From the IMG/VR virus record IMGVR_UViG_3300017714_002439: a stretch of DNA of 64,000 bases. One strand, written 5' to 3'. Positions 19,479-29,484 of the stretch are shown in pieces. A program made the position numbers and the translations under genes. The stretch is from a virus. Within the stretch, counting starts at the first letter, position 1; every line of letters begins with the position of its first letter. The notes under the pieces were generated by a model, which saw nothing but the letters and a program-made list of their open reading frames with translations, ran no database searches and was not told the origin of the DNA.

Positions 19479-21854
19479 ATGGCAAATCTTGTTTCACCTG
19501 GAGTTCAGGTAACAATCACAGACGAATCAGTTTACGGTCCAACCGGAACAGGCACAGTTCCAATGATGTTCATTGCAACTGGCGAGGACAAGGTTGACCC
19601 GACTGGCACAACGGCTATAGCAGCACAGACTGTTAAGTCAAAAGCAGGTAAACCCGTATTAGTAACATCACAACGTGAATTAACACAAAACTTTGGTAAT
19701 GTGGATTTTCATAAAGTAGGCGGCTCTGTCGTTCAAGGTGATGAGACTAACGAATATGGTTTATTGGCAGCATATTCATTTTTAGGACAAAGCTCAGCAG
19801 CATATATTGTTAGAGCAGATGTTGATTTAACATCTTTACGTCCACAAAGCTCAGCACCAACAGGTCCTGCAGCTAATAACACTTATTGGGTTAACCCAAA
19901 TAGTTCTAACTGGGGGCTGTTTAAATACACTTCAGCAGCAACAGGTTGGGAAGCGGTTACTCCAAAAGTAGAAATTACAGACGGTCAAGGCACACCATCA
20001 GCAACATCAGTTGCAGGCGATTACTTAGTAGAAGTAGCCGTAGGTGCAGCTGAAACCGAAATTAAGTATTGGAAAGCACACTCTACACCAGGCGCAGGCG
20101 CATGGGTAACAGCAGCAATTGATACATTTGCACCACACTACAGTGAACCAAGTTCACCAAGTGCAGGTGATACATGGGTTAAAACAACTACACCAGGTAG
20201 CGGTTTTGATTTAGCTATTTCACAATACACAACAACAGCAGGTTCATTTGTAAATCAAACAGTTGATTATGCAGATGATGCCGCACCAGACGGAACTACA
20301 GGCGACATTCCTCAAAATGGATCAGCCGGCGTAGCTAGAACATTAATTGAAGGTGATATGTGGTTAGATCACGACACTGACAAACTTGTTCTTAAAGTTT
20401 ACACTTCAGGTGCATGGGCAGATGTTGTTGTAACTGGTTCAAACACAGAGCCAACAGGCACACCAGTAAATGGAACTGTTTGGCATGATGGCGACATCAA
20501 CGAATTAGCTATCTACGAAGTTGAAGATGATAGCGGAACACAAAAATGGAAACGTGCAACAAACGTTTCATATGCAACATCGGCACCAGCACCAGGTTCA
20601 GCAGGCGACTATTGGATTGATACTGATGCAGCCGGATACCCATTAATTTATCGTTCAAACGGTAGTGCATGGGTAGTAAAAGATAACGCAGACCAATCAA
20701 CATCAAGCGGTGTTGTATTTGGTGACATTACTGCTAATGATACAACAGCAGGACAATTTGAAGCAACTCTATTAGCAGGTGCTCCAAATCCATTGTTGCA
20801 TCCAGCAGGAACAACTGGTATTAATATGTGTCGTTCTGGTGGAACAGTTCGTAAATACGATACATCATTAACAACTACTTGGAAATGGCGTAACCATGCT
20901 CCAAACCAAACAGACGGTTCGGGATCATTTGGTCGTCACGCCCAAAGAGCAGTAGTAGTAGCGGCTATGCAAGCAAGTGCAAGTGCTTCAGAAATACTTG
21001 AAGAAACAGTAGCATTTAGCTTAATTGCAGCTCCTGGATATCCAGAAATGACTGACGAAATGGTAACAATAAACAGTAACAGAAATGAAACAGGTTTTGT
21101 TATTATTGATGCTCCATTACGTGTAAGTCCAACAGAAGCAGTTAATTGGGTTAACGGCGTAGGCGTAAGTGCAAACGGCGAATCAGGATTAGCTACTAAG
21201 AATACTTACAGTGCAGTATACTATCCGCATGCATTAACAACAAATCCAGCAACAGGAGATAACGTTGTTGCTCCAGCATCACACATTGCATTATATACAT
21301 ATGCATACAGTGATAACGTGAGCTTCCAATGGTTCTCACCAGCAGGTTTAACTCGAGGCCAAGTTCAAAACGCTTCAGGTGTTGGATATTTAGATGCAGA
21401 GGATGAATTTAAATCAGTTTCACTTACACAAGGAAACAGAGATACTATGTATGCAGCTAAAATGAACCCTATCGCAAGATTTCCTGCAGAAGGTGTTGTA
21501 GTGTTTGGTCAAAAAACTTTACACCCATCAGCAAGTGCATTAGATAGAGTTAACGTTGCTCGTTTAACAGCTTACTTACGTGAAAGATTTGCAGTTATTG
21601 CCAGACCTTTCTTGTTTGAGCAAAACGACGAAACTACTAGAAGAAATGCCAAAGGAGCTTTTGATGGTTTCTTACAAGGTATCTTATCTTCTAGAGGAGT
21701 TTACGACTTCGCAGTTGTGTGTGATGAAACTAACAACACACCAGCAAGAATTGACGCAAATGAATTTTGGATTGACGTGGCAATTGAGCCAACTAAATCA
21801 GCAGAGTTTATTTACATTCCAATTAGAATTGTAAACACTGGCGAATTAAGCTAA
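19479..21854 (+). CDS. Contractile tail sheath protein (gp18-like)
   Basis: LVSPGVQVTITDES N-terminus; C-terminal WFSPAGLTRG, NPIARFPAEGVVVFGQKTL, LDRVNVARL, FLFEQNDETTR, VVCDETNNTPARIDANEF, PTKSAEFIYI. Confidence 0.95.
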   Translation: MANLVSPGVQVTITDESVYGPTGTGTVPMMFIATGEDKVDPTGTTAIAAQTVKSKAGKPVLVTSQRELTQNFGNVDFHKVGGSVVQGDETNEYGLLAAYSFLGQSSAAYIVRADVDLTSLRPQSSAPTGPAANNTYWVNPNSSNWGLFKYTSAATGWEAVTPKVEITDGQGTPSATSVAGDYLVEVAVGAAETEIKYWKAHSTPGAGAWVTAAIDTFAPHYSEPSSPSAGDTWVKTTTPGSGFDLAISQYTTTAGSFVNQTVDYADDAAPDGTTGDIPQNGSAGVARTLIEGDMWLDHDTDKLVLKVYTSGAWADVVVTGSNTEPTGTPVNGTVWHDGDINELAIYEVEDDSGTQKWKRATNVSYATSAPAPGSAGDYWIDTDAAGYPLIYRSNGSAWVVKDNADQSTSSGVVFGDITANDTTAGQFEATLLAGAPNPLLHPAGTTGINMCRSGGTVRKYDTSLTTTWKWRNHAPNQTDGSGSFGRHAQRAVVVAAMQASASASEILEETVAFSLIAAPGYPEMTDEMVTINSNRNETGFVIIDAPLRVSPTEAVNWVNGVGVSANGESGLATKNTYSAVYYPHALTTNPATGDNVVAPASHIALYTYAYSDNVSFQWFSPAGLTRGQVQNASGVGYLDAEDEFKSVSLTQGNRDTMYAAKMNPIARFPAEGVVVFGQKTLHPSASALDRVNVARLTAYLRERFAVIARPFLFEQNDETTRRNAKGAFDGFLQGILSSRGVYDFAVVCDETNNTPARIDANEFWIDVAIEPTKSAEFIYIPIRIVNTGELS

Positions 21855-21882
21855 TATTTTATATATTAAGCAAATAATTACC

Positions 21883-21922
21883 AATAAGGGTTACTTTTTT
21901 TAAAGTAGCCCTTATTTTTTTT
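21883..21922 (+). terminator. Intrinsic terminator after sheath
   Basis: aataagggttact...agtagcccttatt plus T-tract. Confidence 0.75.
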
Positions 21923-21931
21923 ACCTTTTTG

Positions 21932-21939
21932 CATAAATA
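21932..21939 (+). promoter_or_regulatory. Late promoter
   Basis: CATAAATA upstream of the tube gene. Confidence 0.65.
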
Positions 21940-22009
21940 CAATATATAGAAAAACTTTAAGTTTTTCTAGTAGAAGAAAAACTTATACAGTTTACAAGGA
22001 GAAAATAAC

Positions 22010-22600
22010 ATGGCTGTAACAACAAACTTTGGAATACCAGCTACACCAGAAGGGACAGCAACATTAATGCCTAAGTTGCAATATCGTTTTCGTGTAGTGT
22101 TCACTAACATGGGCGGAGCAGGTAATAATACAGATACTACTACGCAAAATGTTATATCAGTTGGTCGTCCATCATTAACACACGAAGAAGTTATAATTGA
22201 CTCTTATAACTCAAAGACATATATTGCAGGTAAACATACATGGGAACCAATTACATTGGTTATGAGGGATGATATGAACTCAAATGTTGTTAAAGCAATT
22301 GGTAATCAATTGCAAATGCAACTAGATCATGATTCTCAAGGTGCTAAATCACACACTACTTCCGACCAAGCAGGTATGCCATACAAGTTCGCAATGAAAA
22401 TTGAAACACTAGATGGTTCATCAAAACCCAACGTTTTAGATACATGGGAAGTAGTTGGAGCGTATCTATCAAATGTTCAATATGGTGATTTAAACTATGG
22501 AACATCTGATATGGTTCAGGTTACTGTAACAATACGTTACGACAACGCATCTAATACAATTGTGTTTGGCGAAACAGACGAAGATACTTTATCAGCATAA
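22010..22600 (+). CDS. Tail tube protein (gp19-like)
   Basis: PKLQYRFRVVF, GKHTWEPITLVMRDD, WEVVGAY...YGDLNY, VTVTIRYD; follows the sheath gene. Confidence 0.8.
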   Translation: MAVTTNFGIPATPEGTATLMPKLQYRFRVVFTNMGGAGNNTDTTTQNVISVGRPSLTHEEVIIDSYNSKTYIAGKHTWEPITLVMRDDMNSNVVKAIGNQLQMQLDHDSQGAKSHTTSDQAGMPYKFAMKIETLDGSSKPNVLDTWEVVGAYLSNVQYGDLNYGTSDMVQVTVTIRYDNASNTIVFGETDEDTLSA

Positions 22601-22612
22601 GAGTTTAACTTC

Positions 22613-22637
22613 AACAGCTTAACCTAGTTAAGCTGTT
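22613..22637 (+). terminator. Hairpin after tube gene (weak U-tract)
   Basis: aacagcttaac-cta-gttaagctgtt. Confidence 0.5.
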
Positions 22638-22669
22638 TGTTGTGCTTTTAAAATTAAGGTAGCAAGACG

Positions 22670-23245
22670 ATGAGAGTTAATTACGCTTATGACAAATATA
22701 ATCAAGGCCAAATAGCTGGCACTGTAAAGGGCGTACCAAGAAATAAGTATTCATTTACTGCTAGTCTAGATACGAAAGACGGTATTGTGGAACTTGATAA
22801 AATAGCAAGTATTACAATGCCTGGTTGGAGTTCTGCGGCAATGACTATGAATTCCTATAACCGCAAAAAAGTTGTTCAAACAAATTTTGACTATAGTCCT
22901 ATAACTGTTGTCGCATACGACACTAGAGATCCAGCATACATAGAAACATTCCTTAAAAAATATTCAAATTACTATTTTGCAGGACCAATGAATTCAGAAG
23001 ATAGACTAGATCATCTTAATAAACCAAAAGGCTTTAAATTACAAGCCGACCGTAATTACATAAGAGAGTTAACAATTTATAGATCAGGTAGTAAAACAGA
23101 TTTAAATACAATATCAGTTTATAATCCATATGTTACAAACATTGATGCAGATACATTGGACTATTCAGACAGCCAACTAGTCCAATACAGGCTTACCTTC
23201 ATGTATGAAGGATACGACATAGTATCAACAAATTCAGGACAGTAA
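22670..23245 (+). CDS. Tube-fold baseplate/tube-initiator protein (gp48/gp54-like)
   Basis: ITMPG, YNRKKVVQTNFDYSPITVVAYD, TLDYSDSQLVQYRLTFMYE parallel the tube protein pattern. Confidence 0.55.
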   Translation: MRVNYAYDKYNQGQIAGTVKGVPRNKYSFTASLDTKDGIVELDKIASITMPGWSSAAMTMNSYNRKKVVQTNFDYSPITVVAYDTRDPAYIETFLKKYSNYYFAGPMNSEDRLDHLNKPKGFKLQADRNYIRELTIYRSGSKTDLNTISVYNPYVTNIDADTLDYSDSQLVQYRLTFMYEGYDIVSTNSGQ

Positions 23246-23248
23246 CTT

Positions 23249-23695
23249 ATGCCTAATTATATGAGGGGCATATATGAGGTTTCTAATCCCAATAAATACT
23301 TAGGTAAAAAAGCACCACGTTATAGAAGTGGGTGGGAGTTAGCAGTATTTCGTATGTGTGATAATCATCCAGCCGTATTAGGTTGGGGTAGCGAAACACA
23401 TAGAATTCCTTATAAAAATCCACTTACTGGTAAACAAACTGTTTATGTGCCTGATATATTATTAGTGTATAAAGATGCAAAAGGTGGCAACCATGCAGAA
23501 ATGGTTGAGATAAAACCAGCAAAACAAACATTAGGTGAAGCTAAAAGTCAAATTGATAAAGCACAAGCCGTAATAAATCATGCAAAATGGACAGCCGCTA
23601 GAGCTTGGTGTAAATCACAAGGCATGGGTTTTAGAGTTATAACAGAACATCAGATATTTAATAAACCCAAAAACACTAAAAAGAGGAAAAAATGA
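23249..23695 (+). CDS. Head completion nuclease, T4 gp4-like (TnsA-type PD-(D/E)xK)
   Basis: NPNKYLG, YRSGWE, WGSE...IPY, YVPD, VEIKP, KWTAA..WC...GMGFRVITE. Confidence 0.85.
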   Translation: MPNYMRGIYEVSNPNKYLGKKAPRYRSGWELAVFRMCDNHPAVLGWGSETHRIPYKNPLTGKQTVYVPDILLVYKDAKGGNHAEMVEIKPAKQTLGEAKSQIDKAQAVINHAKWTAARAWCKSQGMGFRVITEHQIFNKPKNTKKRKK

Positions 23696-24423
23696 TACAA
23701 GAAGATTTAGTAATGACGGAGCCTACTAGTCAAGGCGATGTTAAAATATATATTCCTGGCAGTAGAGATGTAATTGTAAAAATGTCAGGAGGAGCAGATA
23801 GTTCAATACTTATGTTCCTTTTAGCAAAATATAAAAATGAATATAATACGGAACTTAATTTTAAAATTACAAGCACAGTAGGATCAACTAAACCATATCA
23901 GTATGAATTTGCAAATCAAGTAGTAAAGTTTATAGACAAAATATATCCATTAGGTGATTATGAACATCATCATAATGAAAGTTTACCTTCTGGTGAATTT
24001 CCAGACGGTGAGGATGAAAATGGTTTTGATGCTAATAAAGAAGCATATAGTGATGACATAGAAAATCTAGTGAAAAGTTTACACAACAAGGATTCTGTTC
24101 AATACATGGGTATTACAGCAAATCCATCAGCTGAACAATTAGAATTACACAATATTGCAGACGGCAGAGATTTAGAAAGAGATTCAGATGTTGCAGTTCC
24201 TAATAATGAACTTTGGATGGGACCTGGCTTTTACAAATACAACAGACCATTTGCAAAATATGACAAATTGGTAGTAGCAGAACTATACGATAGATATAAT
24301 TTAACAGATACATTATTTCCTTTGACTAGAAGTTGTGAAGAAGCTACATTTGATTTCTCTGAACATTGCGGAACATGTTGGTGGTGTAAAGAACGTAAAT
24401 GGGCCTTTGGCAAACTAGCATAA
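23692..24423 (+). CDS. QueC-like PP-loop ATPase
   Basis: MSGGADSS PP-loop; C-terminal TRSCE...HCGTCWWCKER zinc motif. Confidence 0.7.
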   Translation: MIQEDLVMTEPTSQGDVKIYIPGSRDVIVKMSGGADSSILMFLLAKYKNEYNTELNFKITSTVGSTKPYQYEFANQVVKFIDKIYPLGDYEHHHNESLPSGEFPDGEDENGFDANKEAYSDDIENLVKSLHNKDSVQYMGITANPSAEQLELHNIADGRDLERDSDVAVPNNELWMGPGFYKYNRPFAKYDKLVVAELYDRYNLTDTLFPLTRSCEEATFDFSEHCGTCWWCKERKWAFGKLA

Positions 24424-24426
24424 ATA
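24419..24426 (+). promoter_or_regulatory. Late promoter
   Basis: CATAAATA upstream of 24446. Confidence 0.6.
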
Positions 24427-24445
24427 CTACTATAATGAGGTTAAC

Positions 24446-24994
24446 ATGACAAAAAAATTAGAAGAAGAATTTAATTTACCTTCAATAGAAGATTTAATGC
24501 CTAATATTCCTGAGCAAGAAGTAGAACCAGAAGAACCAACTACAGAAGACGCACAAAAGGAAATAGTTAAGTATAAAGATGATCTTAGTATAGCCGAACG
24601 TGCCGACGCAGCACTTCCAATGGTAACAGGAATGGAAGAGCTTGACAGAGAAATGGATGCATATGCTACAAAGGCTATGGCAACTTTTGATGATTTAGTA
24701 GATTTAGGTAGAAATGTAGAAGATAGACACGCTGCACCAATATTTGATAGTGCAAGTAAGATGCTTGCGGCCGCATTACAGGCCAAACAAGCTAAAATGG
24801 ACAAAAAAATGAAAATGATTGAACTACAAATGCGTCAACAACGAATACAGCAAGAAGAAAAGAAAACAGATGCATATGTTAAAGATAAATTAGGCACAGA
24901 TGATGAAACGGAAGAAGTTTCAGGTCGTATCATTGGAGATAGGTCAGAATTGTTAGCCGAAATTATGAATAAAATGAAGAACGATGATAAATAG
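24446..24994 (+). CDS. Probable terminase small subunit (gp16-like)
   Basis: Helical; DLGRNVEDRHAAPIFDSASKML and IIGDRSELLAEI resemble gp16 segments; lies near terL. Confidence 0.45.
   Translation: MTKKLEEEFNLPSIEDLMPNIPEQEVEPEEPTTEDAQKEIVKYKDDLSIAERADAALPMVTGMEELDREMDAYATKAMATFDDLVDLGRNVEDRHAAPIFDSASKMLAAALQAKQAKMDKKMKMIELQMRQQRIQQEEKKTDAYVKDKLGTDDETEEVSGRIIGDRSELLAEIMNKMKNDDK
24986..24993 (+). promoter_or_regulatory. Late promoter
   Basis: GATAAATA upstream of 25013. Confidence 0.55.
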
Positions 24995-25012
24995 TATTAT
25001 GGAGAAGACGTT

Positions 25013-25468
25013 ATGAAATCATTTACACAATATCTAGCAGAATCAGATAAAACTTGGAATTTCTGCATTAAAACAGTTCATCAATTAACTGATGAGCAAT
25101 GTGATCGCATAGAGAACCACTTGATGAAATATGACTCTAAAGGACTTAGTGGTGAGAAGAAAACCATACTACAAAGCACACCAAGAGACTTTCCTAAACA
25201 TAAAGGCTATGAAGTATATATGTATGAATTTTCAACAGACAGAATAGCAACAGCAAGCCAAATTCAAAATGAAATTGGAAATATGTTAGGATTAAGAGAT
25301 GGTGTTTTAAAAGTAAAAGGCGATGGCGAAACAGATGTTGATGAAAAAGAAGAACACTTTGAACCAGAAGAAGTTCCAGCAGATGACATGTCAGGTGACA
25401 AGTATAACGCTTCATTAATTAAAGAATTGTTAAAGTTACGTAAAGAAAAGGAAAAAGGCAATGAGTGA
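25013..25468 (+). CDS. Hypothetical head-associated protein
   Basis: MKSFTQYLAES propeptide-like N-terminus; RBS ggag. Confidence 0.65.
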   Translation: MKSFTQYLAESDKTWNFCIKTVHQLTDEQCDRIENHLMKYDSKGLSGEKKTILQSTPRDFPKHKGYEVYMYEFSTDRIATASQIQNEIGNMLGLRDGVLKVKGDGETDVDEKEEHFEPEEVPADDMSGDKYNASLIKELLKLRKEKEKGNE

Positions 25469-26381
25469 ATTAGAGAGAATATTAAAACTTGCTGGTAGCC
25501 AAGCAAAGGTCGAAACACCAAGCCCGGCTCCTGAAGCAACACAAAGAGAAATGAAACCAGTGGCACAAGAAGCAGTTGGTGAATTTGCAGAACCAATTTA
25601 TGATTTAATTGATATGCATTTTGAAGGCGATTGTCAACCAGTATTTGACGATTTAGTTCGTTATTTAAGTGGCGATCAAATTGAAGATTTTGTTGCAGAC
25701 TTTAGACGCAACCATGATTTAAATGACATGGACGATGACATGGACGAAGCACAACAACTAAATGCATCAGACTACAGTTGTGAAGACTGTGGCGACACAA
25801 TGCATCAACCAACTACAGATTGTGGACATGATTGTGATGATGAAACAGGTAGCTGGTGGAAAGACAAAGACGGCAACGGCGTTCCAGATTCATTAGAAGA
25901 AGCTCCAAACGAAGGCAATGAATTCTCAGGCGAGTTAGCTAAGGCTAAAGCAGCTGGCAAAAAAGAATTTGAAGTTGACGGCAAAAAATACAAAGTAGAA
26001 TCTGAAGAAGCAGATACTGACGCAGAAGAGCTTGAAGAAGAAGTTGAAGAAGTTGAAGAGCTTGAAGAAGTAGCAGTAGCTGAAGACGATAAAGAAGAAT
26101 TAGAAGAGTCTCCAACAATGGATACTACACAATTAGTTAACATGATGAAAAACGCAGGTTTATCAGAAGAAGCAATTAATGAAAAATTAAACGAATGGGC
26201 AAATAGTGGAGATCACGTAAATGGCGATCCAGAAGTAATTGGCGAGCCATATGAAAACTTTGCACAAAGCGTTAATACAAGTTTGAAGCGTTATTTAGAC
26301 GCAGAAGACATGAAAGTAGGACTAAAAGAGCATACAGTAGAAGAGCTCAAAGAAGCCTACAAAGCAAAAAAAGAACAATAA
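25461..26381 (+). CDS. Highly acidic prohead/scaffold-like protein
   Basis: E/D-rich with many LxE motifs; Cys/His-rich insert; late operon. Confidence 0.6.
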   Translation: MSELERILKLAGSQAKVETPSPAPEATQREMKPVAQEAVGEFAEPIYDLIDMHFEGDCQPVFDDLVRYLSGDQIEDFVADFRRNHDLNDMDDDMDEAQQLNASDYSCEDCGDTMHQPTTDCGHDCDDETGSWWKDKDGNGVPDSLEEAPNEGNEFSGELAKAKAAGKKEFEVDGKKYKVESEEADTDAEELEEEVEEVEELEEVAVAEDDKEELEESPTMDTTQLVNMMKNAGLSEEAINEKLNEWANSGDHVNGDPEVIGEPYENFAQSVNTSLKRYLDAEDMKVGLKEHTVEELKEAYKAKKEQ

Positions 26382-26408
26382 AAGTTAACCTCCCCCCGGT
26401 AAAAGCAG

Positions 26409-26445
26409 AACGGTTTAGTTTTAATTAACTAAGCCGTTTTTCTTT
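26409..26445 (+). terminator. Intrinsic terminator
   Basis: aacggtttagtt-ttaatt-aactaagccgtt plus T-rich tail. Confidence 0.75.
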
Positions 26446-26453
26446 ACTAAATA
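26446..26453 (+). promoter_or_regulatory. Late-like promoter variant 5 nt before terL ATG
   Basis: ACTAAATA-ctagt-ATG. Confidence 0.5.
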
Positions 26454-26458
26454 CTAGT

Positions 26459-28021
26459 ATGAGCACAGCAGATACTAAATTAACTAAAACCCCATACAAA
26501 AAAGAAAAGTTTACAGAAGAACAACTGTTGGATCTGGCCAGATGTGCAGAAGATCCAAAATTCTTTATGATAAACTATTGTTGGATTCAACATCCAACAA
26601 AAGGTCGTGTAAAATTTGATTTATTTGATTATCAAAAAGAACTTGTAGACTGTTATCACAAAAATAGATACAGTATTGCATTAGTAAGCAGACAGATGGG
26701 TAAATCAACAGCAGCAGCAGGATATCTATTATGGTATGCTATGTTTGTCCCTGATCAAACTATTCTTATTGCAGCACACAAATATTCAGGTGCTAGTGAA
26801 ATTATGCAACGTATACGTTTTGCATACGAAACACTTCCAGACTTTATACGTGCTGGTGTAACAAGCTATAACAAAGGTAGTTTAGAGTTTGATAACGGTT
26901 CACGTATTATTGCACAATCAACAACAGAAAATACTGGACGTGGTTTAAGTATATCGTTAGCATACTTAGACGAATTTGCATTTGTGCGTCCTAACATAGC
27001 CAAAGAATTTTGGACAGCACTATCACCTACATTATCAACTGGTGGTAAATGTATTATTACAAGCACACCAAATCAGGATGATGACCAATTTGCACAAATT
27101 TATAGAGAGGCTGCTAAAGCACAAGATGAATTTGGTAACGACACAGATAATGGATTGGGATTAAATGGATTCAAAGCCTTTAATGCTGATTGGAAATACC
27201 ACCCAGATAGGGATGAAGAATGGGCAGAAGAAGAACGTAATAAAATTGGCGAAGAACGTTTTAGACGTGAACACTTAAATGAGTTTATTGCATTTGATGA
27301 AACACTAATTGACAGTATTAAACTATCTTTAATGGAAACAAAACAACCTTTTGCTAAAATGGGACAAGTGCGTTGGTATAGGCCAATACGCAAAGATAAA
27401 ATATACATGTCAGCATTAGATCCTAGTTTGGGAACAGGTGGCGACTCTGCAGCAATACAAGTATATGAAATGCCAGGAATGAAACAAGTAGCAGAATGGC
27501 AACATAATAAAACAACAGTGCAAGGCCAAATTAAAATATTACGTGAAATATTAATGTATATTGAAACTGAAACAGATGGTGAAGCAGAACAATATTATAG
27601 TGTAGAGAATAACACACTAGGTGAAGCGGCTTTAGTTGTAATTTCAGAAACCGGCGAAGAATTTTTTCCAGGCACATTCCTTAGTGAAACAAAACGGCAC
27701 GGCAATGCACGTAGGTTTAGAAAAGGATTTACTACAACACATAAAAGTAAACTTACAGCATGTAGTAAACTAAAACACTGGATAGAAACTGACAAATTAG
27801 AAATAGCAAGTCAAAACCTGTTGGGTGAACTTAAAGTTTTTATTGCACGTGGTAATAGTTATGCGGCAAAAGATGGCGAACATGATGATTTAGTTATGGC
27901 ACTTATATTAATAGTGCGTATGGCACAAGAAATTGTTAACTATGAAGAATCAGCATTTGAATACTTGGTTGATGACGAAGATGATGATTTTATGCAGCCA
28001 ATGCCATTTAGTATGTTGTAA
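26459..28021 (+). CDS. terL: Terminase large subunit (gp17-like)
   Basis: Walker A SRQMGKST, Walker B LAYLDEFAF, TSTPN motif III, nuclease ALDPSLG and DDLVMAL. Confidence 0.95.
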   Translation: MSTADTKLTKTPYKKEKFTEEQLLDLARCAEDPKFFMINYCWIQHPTKGRVKFDLFDYQKELVDCYHKNRYSIALVSRQMGKSTAAAGYLLWYAMFVPDQTILIAAHKYSGASEIMQRIRFAYETLPDFIRAGVTSYNKGSLEFDNGSRIIAQSTTENTGRGLSISLAYLDEFAFVRPNIAKEFWTALSPTLSTGGKCIITSTPNQDDDQFAQIYREAAKAQDEFGNDTDNGLGLNGFKAFNADWKYHPDRDEEWAEEERNKIGEERFRREHLNEFIAFDETLIDSIKLSLMETKQPFAKMGQVRWYRPIRKDKIYMSALDPSLGTGGDSAAIQVYEMPGMKQVAEWQHNKTTVQGQIKILREILMYIETETDGEAEQYYSVENNTLGEAALVVISETGEEFFPGTFLSETKRHGNARRFRKGFTTTHKSKLTACSKLKHWIETDKLEIASQNLLGELKVFIARGNSYAAKDGEHDDLVMALILIVRMAQEIVNYEESAFEYLVDDEDDDFMQPMPFSML

Positions 28022-28036
28022 TTTTTTACGTTTTGG

Positions 28037-28044
28037 CATAAATA
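28037..28044 (+). promoter_or_regulatory. Late promoter
   Basis: CATAAATA upstream of 28063. Confidence 0.6.
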
Positions 28045-28062
28045 GTATAAAGAGGAATTACA

Positions 28063-29343
28063 ATGGACTCAGTTGCACAAGAAATATTTAATATTATAAA
28101 AGGCGCCAATTATGACGTAGTGCTTTTTACAGATGCTGGAGAAAAAACATTAGACTCATCAGCAGCAACAAGATTTTATGTCCAAGATCAGGATATAATG
28201 GTTTCATTACGTTCAGAAGATAACAAGTTAGAATTACTGGTTCAAGTAGGATCAGATTTTGACATTAACGCAAATAAAACACTATTAAATAGTTTTAAGA
28301 GTGCAGTGCATAAACAAATGGGTGAATATACAGTGAAAAGATTTGATAAAAACATAGAACCAAAAGACTTCTCGCACCAAAGTGTTACAGAAGGATATAG
28401 CAAAGCATTTGGTGGCGTAAAAACAAGCTACATCCAAATGGAAAATGCAAGACTAATTATTAGACACAGTAAAGGTGTTAACGAAGAAAAGCGTGGAGCA
28501 AGAAGCAGAAATATACATAGTTTGTTTATTGAAAACGCAAATAAAGAGCAAACAAGATTCCCATACAAATATATGGCAGGCGCTAAAGCTATGGCCATGC
28601 ACGTTAACCATGGTGGAACATTTGAAGATGCTAAAGGCACAGGTATTATGAATATGTGTAAAGAAGCAACAGAAATGGCACAGTTCCTTACACATGTAAG
28701 AACAAACAAATTAGTTAACGAAGGCAATGCTAATGTAGTAGAAACAATAAAAGCACAGTTAAAACAAATTAAAGAAACAGTTCGTGGTCTTCAAACTTTG
28801 AGAGGTTATAACAGCTTTGAATCAAAAGAAATAATTGAAAATGACGAAAAACCGGTTGACATATCCGATAAATTCTTATATAATACGTTTGAGAATGTAG
28901 ATATGAATGATGTTCTATCTACAGTATCTCGTATATTTAACGAACGAGAGGGTAAAGATACTATGCATGATAAACTATTAAATGATACAATGGCTATAAT
29001 CAAATCCGGTGATGATTTAAAATTGAATATTGATGCAAACGATCCAGATAACCCCAATAACGAAGATCCAGTAAAATGGAGCGGAGGAATGGGCCCACTT
29101 GCTAAGTTAAGTGCAATGTTATCTTATATTGGTATGACAACTAAAAATGATTCATTATTTAATGTGCTAACGCAAATGAGTAATGATGTGCATGATATGA
29201 AAACCGATAATACAATGTTAGCGGCAAAAATTGCTAACTATTTGTATAAAAAAGGCTCAGCAAAAACAATGGAAGTAGCTGTAAGCAGAGAAGAATCAAT
29301 TACTGATTCGGTACTTGCAGAACTTCAAAAAAGAATTTCTTAA
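28063..29343 (+). CDS. Hypothetical late protein (426 aa)
   Basis: RBS gagga; late promoter; no motif recognised. Confidence 0.75.
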   Translation: MDSVAQEIFNIIKGANYDVVLFTDAGEKTLDSSAATRFYVQDQDIMVSLRSEDNKLELLVQVGSDFDINANKTLLNSFKSAVHKQMGEYTVKRFDKNIEPKDFSHQSVTEGYSKAFGGVKTSYIQMENARLIIRHSKGVNEEKRGARSRNIHSLFIENANKEQTRFPYKYMAGAKAMAMHVNHGGTFEDAKGTGIMNMCKEATEMAQFLTHVRTNKLVNEGNANVVETIKAQLKQIKETVRGLQTLRGYNSFESKEIIENDEKPVDISDKFLYNTFENVDMNDVLSTVSRIFNEREGKDTMHDKLLNDTMAIIKSGDDLKLNIDANDPDNPNNEDPVKWSGGMGPLAKLSAMLSYIGMTTKNDSLFNVLTQMSNDVHDMKTDNTMLAAKIANYLYKKGSAKTMEVAVSREESITDSVLAELQKRIS

Positions 29344-29361
29344 TTTATTAAGAAATAGTGC

Positions 29362-29390
29362 TTGACAGTAAGCACTTAAAGTAGTATACT
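29362..29390 (+). promoter_or_regulatory. sigma70 promoter of the gp32-uvsX operon
   Basis: TTGACA-N17-TATACT. Confidence 0.8.
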
Positions 29391-29484
29391 GTATAGGCTA
29401 ACAAAGGCAAAACAACTGTATGCAATGATTGTATACTTTATAAAACTAATAAAGGCTAACATAGGCTAACAAAGGAGAAATACT

